A stretch of DNA of 64,000 nt from NCBI GenBank assembly GCA_963724405.1, contig CAVRUQ010000003.1, positions 1,722,140 to 1,786,139 on the forward strand, in the 5' to 3' direction. Each line of letters starts with the position of its first letter. The stretch's first letter is position 1. The position numbers and the translations under genes were made by a program. Origin of the DNA: an uncultured Solirubrobacterales bacterium (GTDB taxonomy: Bacteria; Actinomycetota; Thermoleophilia; Solirubrobacterales; Solirubrobacteraceae). The notes beneath the pieces are model-generated. The model was not told the origin of the DNA. It did not search any database and was given only the letters and a program-made list of their open reading frames with translations. Below, piece after piece: positions 11,473-20,016 of this stretch.

Positions 11473-12738
11473 CTACCCGAGGCGATCGGCGATGTACTCG
11501 GCGATCGCCAGCGAGGACGTCGCGCCGGGCGACGGGGCATTGCGGATCGCCGTCACGGCGCCGAGGTGGCTGATCTGGAAGTCGTCCAGGAGCGCGCCGT
11601 CGGCGCCGAGCGCCTGCGCGCGCACCCCGGCCGGCGCGCGGACGACATCCGCGTCGCGCAGCGACGGAACGAAGCGGCGCGCCTCCGCGAGGTACGCGCG
11701 CCGCGAGAGCGAGCCGCGCAACTCGCGCGCGCCCGCCCGCCAGTGCACCCGCGCAAAGCGCGCCAGGCCCGGCGCGCGCAGCAGGTCGCGCACGTCGCCG
11801 AGGCGCACGTCGCGGCGCCGGTACCCCTCGCGAGCAAGGGCGAGCACGGCGTTCGGCCCGATGTCCACCGTTCCGTCGACGCGCGGGGTGAAATGCACGC
11901 CCAGAAACGGGTACGCCGGATCGGGCACGGGATACACGAGGCCCCGCACGAGCCCCTCGCGCCCGCGCACGAGCCGGAAGTACTCGCCGCGAAACGGCAC
12001 GATCGCCGGCGCGGGTCCGTCCCCGGCCAGGCGCGCGAGCCGATCCGACTGCAGACCGGCGCACAGGACGACCCGATCGAAGGCGAGGCGCCCCTGCGGT
12101 CCGGCGAGCTGCACGGCCTCGCCGTTGGGCTCGATGCGACCGACCTCGAACCCGAGCCGCACCGCACCGCCGCCGGCCACGATCGCTGCGGCGTACGCCG
12201 CAGCGATCGCACCGTAGTCGACGATCGCCGTGTGGGGGGAGTGCAGCGCCGCCACCCCGTGAACGTTCGGTTCGAGCTGGGCGATCTCGCCGCCCTCGAG
12301 CACGCGCAGGCCCGGCACGCCGTTCGCGCGGGAACGGGACTCGAGCTCGCGCAGCGCCGGCAGCTCGGATTCGTCGCGGGCGACGACGAGCTTCCCTCGC
12401 TCGTCGTAGGCCAGGCCGTGCTGCGCGCAGTAGTCGCGCAGGAGCTCGCGCCCGCGGGTGCACAGCTGCGCCTTGAGCGAGCCCGGTGCGTAGTAGAGGC
12501 CCGCGTGGACGACGCCGCTGTTGTGGCCGGTCTGATGGACGGCGATCCGGGACTCCTTGTCGAGCACGGTGACGCGTGCCGCCGGGTCGCGCCGTTGGAG
12601 CTCGCGCGCGAGCGCGAGCCCGAGGATGCCCGCGCCGACGATGCCGACGCCCGCCGCTGTCGTTGGGCCGCTCAAGGGCGCCGACGGTAGAGCGGGGACG
12701 GGCCGGGTGTCAAGAACGCGCCCGCGCGGCCGAGTCAT
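11473..12738 (-). CDS. lhgO: FAD-dependent L-2-hydroxyglutarate oxidase/dehydrogenase (LhgO family)
   Basis: N-terminal GVGIVGAGILGLA dinucleotide fold plus HQTGHNSGVVHAGLYYAPGSLKA, characteristic of LhgO. Start at the internal Met at 12738 (MTRPRG...). Confidence 0.75.
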   Translation of the reverse strand: MTRPRGRVLDTRPVPALPSAPLSGPTTAAGVGIVGAGILGLALARELQRRDPAARVTVLDKESRIAVHQTGHNSGVVHAGLYYAPGSLKAQLCTRGRELLRDYCAQHGLAYDERGKLVVARDESELPALRELESRSRANGVPGLRVLEGGEIAQLEPNVHGVAALHSPHTAIVDYGAIAAAYAAAIVAGGGAVRLGFEVGRIEPNGEAVQLAGPQGRLAFDRVVLCAGLQSDRLARLAGDGPAPAIVPFRGEYFRLVRGREGLVRGLVYPVPDPAYPFLGVHFTPRVDGTVDIGPNAVLALAREGYRRRDVRLGDVRDLLRAPGLARFARVHWRAGARELRGSLSRRAYLAEARRFVPSLRDADVVRAPAGVRAQALGADGALLDDFQISHLGAVTAIRNAPSPGATSSLAIAEYIADRLG

Positions 12739-12827
12739 CCGGACACGCCGCCGCCAGGCAAACCGGACTGACCGATCCGGTACGTGCGTCGAGATCGTCT
12801 TCGCCGGTCTGCGGGCCGAGCCGGGCG

Positions 12828-13487
12828 CTACGCGTCGGCGCCCGCGGCCGGACCGCCGAGGAACGCCGCCAGGGCGCACGAGCTGAGCGTGTCCTCGAGC
12901 GCCGGCAGCTCGTCGATGCGGCCGGCGCGAATCCACACCGACACGAGCTGATCGACCCCGGCCGTGAGCAGGAAGAGCGCGTCCGGTGACGGTACGGCGA
13001 GCTCGGGATGCTCCTGCCGCCCGCCCTCGAACGACAGGCGGAACCGCTCCGCAAAGCGGCGCAGCGTCCGGTCGCGCTCGGCCTGCGCCCGGTCGCCGGC
13101 AAGCGGCAGCTCGATGAGGTGCGCGCGCGCGAACATCGGGCGCGTCGACAGCGACACGAGGTAGGACTGCATCCCGGCGCGCAGCTTCACGCGCCAGTCG
13201 CCCGGCGTGGCCCGCACCGCAGCGTCGATGTGCGAGATGAGCACGTCCACGCCGTAGCGGTAGCCCTCGATCAGGCAGTCCTCCTTGGAGGAGAAGAGCG
13301 CGTAGAACGTGCCGCGCGACACATGCGCGGCACGCACGGCGTCGGCGACGGTCGTACTGGCCCAGCCCTTCTCCCCGACGATGTTCGTCATCTCGACGAG
13401 CAGCCGCGCCCGCTGCGCGGCGTTGCGCGGACCGAGCAACGGCTCCACGGCCGGGTGGCTCGCGACGAGGGAGATCTCGGTCATCAT
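12828..13487 (-). CDS. TetR family transcriptional regulator
   Basis: N-terminal TetR HTH (TTVADAVRAAHVSRGTFYALFSSKEDCL). Confidence 0.8.
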   Translation of the reverse strand: MMTEISLVASHPAVEPLLGPRNAAQRARLLVEMTNIVGEKGWASTTVADAVRAAHVSRGTFYALFSSKEDCLIEGYRYGVDVLISHIDAAVRATPGDWRVKLRAGMQSYLVSLSTRPMFARAHLIELPLAGDRAQAERDRTLRRFAERFRLSFEGGRQEHPELAVPSPDALFLLTAGVDQLVSVWIRAGRIDELPALEDTLSSCALAAFLGGPAAGADA

Positions 13488-13575
13488 CGGACTGTAGCCG
13501 GTGGGACCGCTCGCGGGTACCCGCCGAGTACGCTCACGGAGCGAAGTGTCTCAGGCAAGCTGCGAAGCTTGCGCC

Positions 13576-14202
13576 ATGACGATCGAGCGCCAGAAGGGGT
13601 CGCCTCGGCCCGCGCGGACCCCGCTGCAACGAGCGCTCGCGGCCGAGACGCCGACCCGCCGGGCGACGCCCCTTGACGCGTTCCGGCTCGCCCGTCGCCG
13701 CTTCCACGCCGCGGAGCGGCTGGACATGAGCGCACTCGCCGAGGAGCTCGGCATCAACCGGGCCACGCTCTACCGCTGGGTGGGCTCGCGCGACCAGCTG
13801 CTGGTCGAGATCGCCTGGTCGCGCACCGAGATGACGCTCGACTACATCGACGACTCGGTGACGGCCACCGGCGCCGAGCGCGTGGTGCAGATCGTGACCG
13901 GGTTCATCGCCCTCGTCTCCAAAGACCCGGGGACGAGGCGCTGGCTCGCGGAGGAGGGCGAGTCGGCGATGCGCCTGCTGACGCTGCGCGACCCTGGGTA
14001 TCAGCCCCGCCTGATCGGCGCGATCGAGCATCTGCTCCACGAGGAGACGGCGGCCGGGCGGATGGCCTCGCCGATCGATCTGCATGAGCTCGCGTACGTC
14101 GTCGTCCGCCTCATCGAGAGCTACGTCTACCTCGGTGTCATCACGGGCGAGGAGCCCGACGCGCGCCGTGCTGAGCCCGTGCTGCGCCTCGTTCTGCGCT
14201 GA
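13576..14202 (+). CDS. TetR family (QsdR-like) transcriptional regulator
   Basis: HTH segment LAEELGINRATLYRWVGSRDQLL. Start at the ATG at 13576 (MTIERQ). Divergent from the other TetR gene. Confidence 0.75.
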   Translation: MTIERQKGSPRPARTPLQRALAAETPTRRATPLDAFRLARRRFHAAERLDMSALAEELGINRATLYRWVGSRDQLLVEIAWSRTEMTLDYIDDSVTATGAERVVQIVTGFIALVSKDPGTRRWLAEEGESAMRLLTLRDPGYQPRLIGAIEHLLHEETAAGRMASPIDLHELAYVVVRLIESYVYLGVITGEEPDARRAEPVLRLVLR

Positions 14203-14275
14203 GCCCGCCGGGCGGCCCGACCGGCCCCGCCGCCACACACGACGACGGGGCCGGCGCCACGCCTTCAGCCCGCGA

Positions 14276-16099
14276 TCAGAACGGGATCGAGGGCGGCGGC
14301 GAGGTCGTCAGCGTGTACGGATTGCCCGGGCCGGAGAACAGGAGGCTCAGGAGCGGTCCGATGATTCCGCAGCCGGTCAGCGAGGGGAACGTCGTCGTTC
14401 CGCTCGTGCTGAGCGAGGCCGAGGTGAGCTGGCCGAGCGCGATGCTCTCGTTCTGCGCGAGCGCGACCGGCTTGCTCGTGTGACAGCCGATCGGGATCGT
14501 GAGCGGACCGATGCTCGTGGAGACGAGCGTCAGGTTCGCCGACGTGCCGCCGGCGATCGTCAGCACGCCGGCGGGCGACAGCGACACGGTTCCGGTCAGC
14601 GGCCCGGTCGGTGTGAACGTCGCCCTCGACGTGATCGGGATGCCGAAGATCTTCATCGTCATCACGATCGGCGGGATGTTCGTCGTGCCCTGGAAGACCC
14701 CCGACGTGAAGTCGGCCGTGCCGCTGAACGTTCCGCCGGCCGGCAGGGGCAGCGCCAGTCCGAGCTTCTTCAGGGTCACCGAGCCGCCGAGGACCCAGTT
14801 GTTGAACGGGACGACGAAGTCGCCCGTCTCGGGCGTCGTGCGAGCGTCCGCCGGGAGTGGATCGCTCAGGTTGCAGGTGCTCGGCACCGGCTGGCCCGAG
14901 AGCCGGTCGGAGATCCAGGAGACGACGTTCGCCACCGCCGCGGGATCGGTGAGCAGGTGCTCCTCCGGGTACAGGTTGAAGTCGTCACTCACCCCCATCG
15001 CGCAGTACTGCTGCTTGAGCGCGAACTGCTGGGTCAGCGCCACGAACTCGTCATAGCGTCCGGCGTACTGGTACAGCGGCACCGGGATCGGGGATCCCCC
15101 GAGGTTGTTCTGGTTCAGGAACGAGCTGATGATCGGATCGGCCTCGAGCGTCTCCAGCGGCGTGTTCAGGTACTGGTCGATGTTCTGGTCGAGGAATCCC
15201 AACTGCGTCGCGATCGCGCACTGGCCCTCGATCGTCGGCACGATCGCCAACCCGGCGGCGTTGAACAGTCCGTTCAGCGAGATGAGATTCGGGAACGCCG
15301 TCGCTCCCCCGATGAGGCTGTAGAGCTCCAGCCCGGCGCCGACGGCGCCGTTGTCGAACCCGGCCAGCACCGACTGGTCGGCCGGCACGCCGCCCGCGGC
15401 CACGCCGATGATGTCGATCTCCGGCGCGTAGCTCTGGAAGACCTGACCGGTCCACGCGGCGGCGCCACCACCCTGCGAGTACCCCCAGACGACGACCTGG
15501 GCGCTCGGCGAGATCGGCGAGCTCGGGATCTGCTCGGCGGCGCGGAACGCGTCGAGCACGGCGTGCGCCTCGGCGAGGCCCTCGATGTAGGTCGGGGTCG
15601 CGCCGGTCGTGTAGCCCTGGTAGTCGGTGGCGACCACCGCCCAGCCCTTCTTGAGCGAGGCGACCACCTCGGCCGCGTCGTACTCGGTGCCCACGGCCAT
15701 CTGCAGCGACGGGGCGCATTGCTGCCCGAATCCCTGCGTGGCGAACGCGATGTCGATGACGGGCCGAGGTCCGGAGCCCCGCCAGGCGGCCGTCGGCACG
15801 ATCACGGTGCCGGTCACCGGATCGGGGCTCCCCTGCTCGTCCGTCGACAGATACAGCATGTCCCACGCCTTCGTGGCCGGCGCGGTCGACCCGAGGTTGA
15901 CCGTCGTCGACCGGTACTGGATCAACGTGCCCGGGTTGCCCGACGGCAACGGCGACGGCGGCTGGTAGAAGGCCAGCCCCGATGGACCGACGATCGGTTG
16001 GGCGACGGCGGATGACACCCCGGCGGCGCAGGCGAGTACGGCGACGAGCGCGGTCAGCCCAACCGTCGAGCCAACCGCGCGACTGAACGTACGCAACAT
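14276..16099 (-). CDS. Secretory lipase (LIP family alpha/beta hydrolase) with an extra ~170-aa C-terminal domain
   Basis: Signal peptide (MLRTFSRAVGSTVGLTALVAVLACAAG). GYSQGG nucleophile elbow. LIP-family-like N-terminal lid region. Start placed at the Met at 16099. Confidence 0.7.
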   Translation of the reverse strand: MLRTFSRAVGSTVGLTALVAVLACAAGVSSAVAQPIVGPSGLAFYQPPSPLPSGNPGTLIQYRSTTVNLGSTAPATKAWDMLYLSTDEQGSPDPVTGTVIVPTAAWRGSGPRPVIDIAFATQGFGQQCAPSLQMAVGTEYDAAEVVASLKKGWAVVATDYQGYTTGATPTYIEGLAEAHAVLDAFRAAEQIPSSPISPSAQVVVWGYSQGGGAAAWTGQVFQSYAPEIDIIGVAAGGVPADQSVLAGFDNGAVGAGLELYSLIGGATAFPNLISLNGLFNAAGLAIVPTIEGQCAIATQLGFLDQNIDQYLNTPLETLEADPIISSFLNQNNLGGSPIPVPLYQYAGRYDEFVALTQQFALKQQYCAMGVSDDFNLYPEEHLLTDPAAVANVVSWISDRLSGQPVPSTCNLSDPLPADARTTPETGDFVVPFNNWVLGGSVTLKKLGLALPLPAGGTFSGTADFTSGVFQGTTNIPPIVMTMKIFGIPITSRATFTPTGPLTGTVSLSPAGVLTIAGGTSANLTLVSTSIGPLTIPIGCHTSKPVALAQNESIALGQLTSASLSTSGTTTFPSLTGCGIIGPLLSLLFSGPGNPYTLTTSPPPSIPF

Positions 16100-16340
16100 G
16101 TGGCGCTCCCTCCTCGAAGTGGGCGCGAGCCACGACGGCCCTCCGCCGCGATCGCGCCGGTGAATGCGTCCTTGCTCGCGGGGCCGACCCATCCACCAGG
16201 AGCTCGGGCGCGGACACTCTAACCGGGTTACGCGACAAGCTCAAGATATGATGCATCTCGCGTCATCGAAGCACGTTGTCTCGCCGCGGCCGGCGGGGCC
16301 GGGGCGTCTCCACGCGCTCGTGGCGGACTACCCTGGCGGC

Positions 16341-16979
16341 ATGGCTCGAGCGGCCCAGCGCTACACCGGCACACGCCCCGGGGGGCGCAGCGCGCGCGTC
16401 CGCCGGGCGGTGCTCGACGCCTCAGCGGCGATGCTCCTCTCGGAGGGGCTCGACGCGCTGACCCTGGCCGCCGTCGCGCAGGCCGCCGGCGTTCACCACG
16501 CGACCGTGTACCGCCGCTGGCCGACCCGCTCGCGCCTCGTGCTCGACACGATCATCGACCTCACCGAGGCCCGCGTCCCGGCCCCGCCGCCGAGCACCGG
16601 CGGCGTCCACGGTGACCTGGTCGAGTACTTCACGCCGATCGTGCAGGGGCTGCGCGACCCACACGTGCAGGCACTCGTGCGCAGCCTGATCGCGCTCCCC
16701 GAGGAGGAGATCGCCGGGGAGCGCCGCGAGTACTGGCGCGCGCGTCACGCAGTGGCGACGGCGATCATCGAGGCGGGCGTCGCCCGTGGGGAGCTCGCCG
16801 ACTCGATCGATCCGTGGCACGTGGTCGAGCTGATCGCCGGGCCGATCTGGATGCGGATGCTCATCACCGGCGACGGCGTCGAGGACGCGATGCTCGAGCA
16901 GCTCGTCTCCGAGGCGCTGACCGTGGCCCGGCGCAGGACAAGAGGCGCGGCGCCGCGCGGGAGCCGGGCGCGAGCATAA
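16341..16979 (+). CDS. TetR family transcriptional regulator
   Basis: HTH LAAVAQAAGVHHATVYRRWPTRSRL. The start is ambiguous (16248 or 16341). Confidence 0.7.
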   Translation: MARAAQRYTGTRPGGRSARVRRAVLDASAAMLLSEGLDALTLAAVAQAAGVHHATVYRRWPTRSRLVLDTIIDLTEARVPAPPPSTGGVHGDLVEYFTPIVQGLRDPHVQALVRSLIALPEEEIAGERREYWRARHAVATAIIEAGVARGELADSIDPWHVVELIAGPIWMRMLITGDGVEDAMLEQLVSEALTVARRRTRGAAPRGSRARA

Positions 16980-17078
16980 ACACACATCGCTGCGCTTTTG
17001 TAATACAGTGCCCACGCCTCCGGAGCCGGCGTCCCGGGGCGCCTCACTCATGACCGTGGAAGCGAAAGCCCCACAGCG

Positions 17079-18116
17079 ATGACCGCCGCCGACCTGACGA
17101 CGCTCACGGGCGAGCCCGCCGCGTTCGAGCGCGGGTGGCACCAGCTTGCTCCCGGCGTCTCGGCCTGGCTGCAGCCCAACGGTGCGTGGGGCGAGGCGAA
17201 CGCCGGGCTGATCACCGGCGACGGCGCGTCGCTGCTCGTCGACACGCTGTGGGACGAGCGACAGGCGCGCGAGATGCTCGCCGGGATCGCCGCCGAGGCG
17301 GCGGCCGCGCCGATCCGGCTGGTCGTCAACACGCATTCCGATGGCGATCACTGGTGGGGCAACGGCGTCGTGCCCGCGGACGCGGTGATCGTCACCTCCG
17401 GCGCGAGCGCCGAGGCGATGCGCGCCGAGGCACCGCCCCGGGAGCTGGCGCGACTGGCGCGACTGACATCGCGGGGCGCTCGCCTGCCGGGCCGCGTCGG
17501 GGACCTGTCCCGGTACGTGGGCCGCATGCTCGCCCCATTCGACTTCGCGCACGTGCGCCCGCGCCACCCGGATCGGACCTTCTCGGGGGCGGACACGCTC
17601 GAGATCGGCGGACGCGAGGTGCGGCTGATCGAGGTCGGCCCGGCGCACACGGTCGGTGACCTCGTCGTCCACGTGTCGGACGCGTCGGTCGTGTTCGCCG
17701 CCGACGTGCTGTTCGTCGACTCCACGCCGGTCATGTGGCATGGCCCGGTCGAGGGTTGGCTGGCCGCGATCGACACGCTCATCGGGCTCGATGCCGAGGT
17801 CTACGTGCCCGGGCACGGACCGCCCTGTGGCCCGGGCGGCGTACGCAGCTTCCGCGAGCTGATGGCCGCGATCCACGAGGGCGCCCGTGAGCAGCACGCT
17901 GCGGGTCGGCCGCCGCTGGAGGCCACGCGCGCGCTGCTCGGCGGCGCCGCCCTGGCTGATTACCGCGCCTGGCAGTGTCCCGAGCGGCTGTACATCACCG
18001 TCGCGGCGATGTACCGCGCCTTCGACGGCGCCAAGCCCCTCTCGACGTCGCCGATCGGGCGGACCGCCGTGTTCGCCGCGGTCGGCCGGCTGGCCGCCGA
18101 GCGGGCGCGCGCATGA
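17079..18116 (+). CDS. MBL-fold metallo-hydrolase
   Basis: H-x-H-x-D-H type motif (NTHSDGDHWWGN), a downstream His (VGPAHTVGDLVVHV) and PGHGPP. Confidence 0.8.
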   Translation: MTAADLTTLTGEPAAFERGWHQLAPGVSAWLQPNGAWGEANAGLITGDGASLLVDTLWDERQAREMLAGIAAEAAAAPIRLVVNTHSDGDHWWGNGVVPADAVIVTSGASAEAMRAEAPPRELARLARLTSRGARLPGRVGDLSRYVGRMLAPFDFAHVRPRHPDRTFSGADTLEIGGREVRLIEVGPAHTVGDLVVHVSDASVVFAADVLFVDSTPVMWHGPVEGWLAAIDTLIGLDAEVYVPGHGPPCGPGGVRSFRELMAAIHEGAREQHAAGRPPLEATRALLGGAALADYRAWQCPERLYITVAAMYRAFDGAKPLSTSPIGRTAVFAAVGRLAAERARA

Positions 18117-19120
18117 GGCTTCGTCGCGTCGCGCTCTCCGACGGCTCCGGTCCCGCCACCGCCGTCCTCGACGAGCCGCGGCAGCGTTGGGTGCCGCTCG
18201 CCCCCGCGCTCGCGCACGCCCCGGAGCATGCGGATGCGCTCGGGCCCGGCGCTCGCGACGTCGTCGCCTTCCTCGGCGCCGGCGCCGCCTCGGCCGAGGC
18301 GGCGCGAGCGCTCTGCGAGCGCGTCGCCGACGTCGACCTCACCGCGACGTTCGTCGACAGCCCGCTGCTGCCCTTCGCACCGCGGGCACTGCGCGCGTTC
18401 GCGAGCTGGGAGCGCCACTGGATCGATGCGGCGCGAGGCCTGCAGCGCCGCTACGTGCCGGCCGCGCGACCGATCGTCGACGCGTTCGAGCGCGTCAGCG
18501 GACGCCCGTTCCCCGCGTTTCGCCCGCGCAAGCTGTTCTACACCGAGCCGTCGTTCTACATGGGCAACCACCTCAACTACTTCACCGACGGCGAGACGCT
18601 GCCGTGGCCGAGCTTCTGTCGTGACCTCGACTACGAGCTCGAGATCGGCGCGCTCATCACGTCGCCGCTGCTCGACGCGACGCCGGCGCAGGCCCAGGAC
18701 GCGATCGGGGGATTCGTCGTTCTCAACGACCTGAGCATGCGCGACGTGCAGTGGCGGGAGTACCGCCAGGGCCTGTTCGGCCCGCTCGGTAAGACGAAGA
18801 CGTTCGCCAACGCGATGAGCAGCGAGCTCGTCACCGCCGACGAGGTGCTCTCACGCATCGGGCAGTTGCGTGGGCAGGTGACCGTCAACGGCGAGCGATG
18901 GACGGACACCTCGACGGCGGGCATGCAACACTCGTTCGGCGCGCTCATCGCGCACGCCTCGCGCGGCGAGCAGATGCACCCGGGCGAGCTCGTCGCGTCG
19001 GGCACGCTGCCGGGCGGGTGCGGCCTCGAGCTCGATCGCTGGCTGCGCCCGGGTGACACGATCGAGATGAGCATCGAGGCGGTCGGCACGCTGCGCAACA
19101 CGGTCGGCTCGCCGCGATGA
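18113..19120 (+). CDS. Fumarylacetoacetate hydrolase (FAH) family protein
   Basis: FAH-fold C-terminal region (GTLPGGCGLELDRWLRPGDTIEMSIEAVGTLRN). ATGA overlap with the upstream MBL gene at 18113-18116. Confidence 0.8.
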   Translation: MRLRRVALSDGSGPATAVLDEPRQRWVPLAPALAHAPEHADALGPGARDVVAFLGAGAASAEAARALCERVADVDLTATFVDSPLLPFAPRALRAFASWERHWIDAARGLQRRYVPAARPIVDAFERVSGRPFPAFRPRKLFYTEPSFYMGNHLNYFTDGETLPWPSFCRDLDYELEIGALITSPLLDATPAQAQDAIGGFVVLNDLSMRDVQWREYRQGLFGPLGKTKTFANAMSSELVTADEVLSRIGQLRGQVTVNGERWTDTSTAGMQHSFGALIAHASRGEQMHPGELVASGTLPGGCGLELDRWLRPGDTIEMSIEAVGTLRNTVGSPR

Positions 19121-19124
19121 CCGG

Positions 19125-19730
19125 TCACCGCGCGAGACGCGGCTCAGGCGTGATGTTGAGCAGCAGCGCCTCCATCTGCAGCAGGCGGTCGACGTCGCCA
19201 CGGATGCCGGCGATCGCGTCGTTGTACAGGAACGCCTCGGCGATGCGCACGACGGCATAGGCGAGCGTCGCCGTGTCCGCCGGCGGCTCGTACGCGCCGC
19301 GCGCCACCTCGGCGTCGATGACGCCCTGGATGGCGGCGACGATCCTCGGCTGCACGTTCGCCGCTCCGGAGGTGAGCGTGTGCAGGGCCGCCTCGCGCTC
19401 GAGCTCGAGGTAGCCCCGCAGCGCCTGCGACCCGGCGAGCTCGCGATTGACGCGGTCGAGCGTGTCGAGGAGGCGCTGCGGGCCGCTGCCCCGCGCCAGC
19501 CGGTGCGCGCGGGCGACGACGTCCTCGCCCGCGGCCGCCAGCACCTCGCCCACGAGCGCCTCGCGGGAGCCGTACCACCGGTAGATCGTCGCCCGGCTGA
19601 GGCCGAGGCGACGCGCGACGGCCTGGACGTCGATCCGCCGGCCCGCGAAGTATTCCTCCGTCGCCACGGCGATCACGGCGGCCCGATCGGCGGCCGCGGG
19701 CCGTCCGCGGGGTCTTCCGGTGGTGGTCAT
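19125..19730 (-). CDS. TetR family (QsdR-like) transcriptional regulator
   Basis: HTH VARRLGLSRATIYRWYGSREAL. Start at the Met at 19730. Confidence 0.75.
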   Translation of the reverse strand: MTTTGRPRGRPAAADRAAVIAVATEEYFAGRRIDVQAVARRLGLSRATIYRWYGSREALVGEVLAAAGEDVVARAHRLARGSGPQRLLDTLDRVNRELAGSQALRGYLELEREAALHTLTSGAANVQPRIVAAIQGVIDAEVARGAYEPPADTATLAYAVVRIAEAFLYNDAIAGIRGDVDRLLQMEALLLNITPEPRLAR

Positions 19731-19815
19731 CGCGCAGACAGCGTACGGACCGACGCGGAGCCGGGTTTGCGTCCCGCTCCGGAGTGTGACCTGAGCGACA
19801 CATATGACTAGAAAT

Positions 19816-19827
19816 CTTCTCGAGAAG
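19816..19827. promoter_or_regulatory. 12-bp perfect palindrome CTTCTCGAGAAG (part of a ~18-bp imperfect palindrome) upstream of the TetR gene at 19125-19730
   Basis: Read directly. Located ~90 nt upstream of the TetR start in the TetR/GT39 divergent intergenic region. Typical position and size for a TetR operator. Confidence 0.4.
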
Positions 19828-20016
19828 GTTCGAGAGTCCGGCGGTGCCACGGATGCGTGTGGCCGCCCACCGCTCGGGCAGGGGGCGCCGACCGTCCGCG
19901 AGACCTTGACCCATCGCACGCCGACGGCGGAAGGAGCCGCCCGGCGCACGATCTCCCAGCTGATTCCCAGCCGGGATTAGCGCTACGCTTACCCGCTGTC
20001 GGCAGACTGCGCACGC

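Noticed and set aside
16422-17897. 491-aa minus-strand ORF
   Set aside because: Antisense to the TetR and MBL-fold genes, with low-complexity composition.
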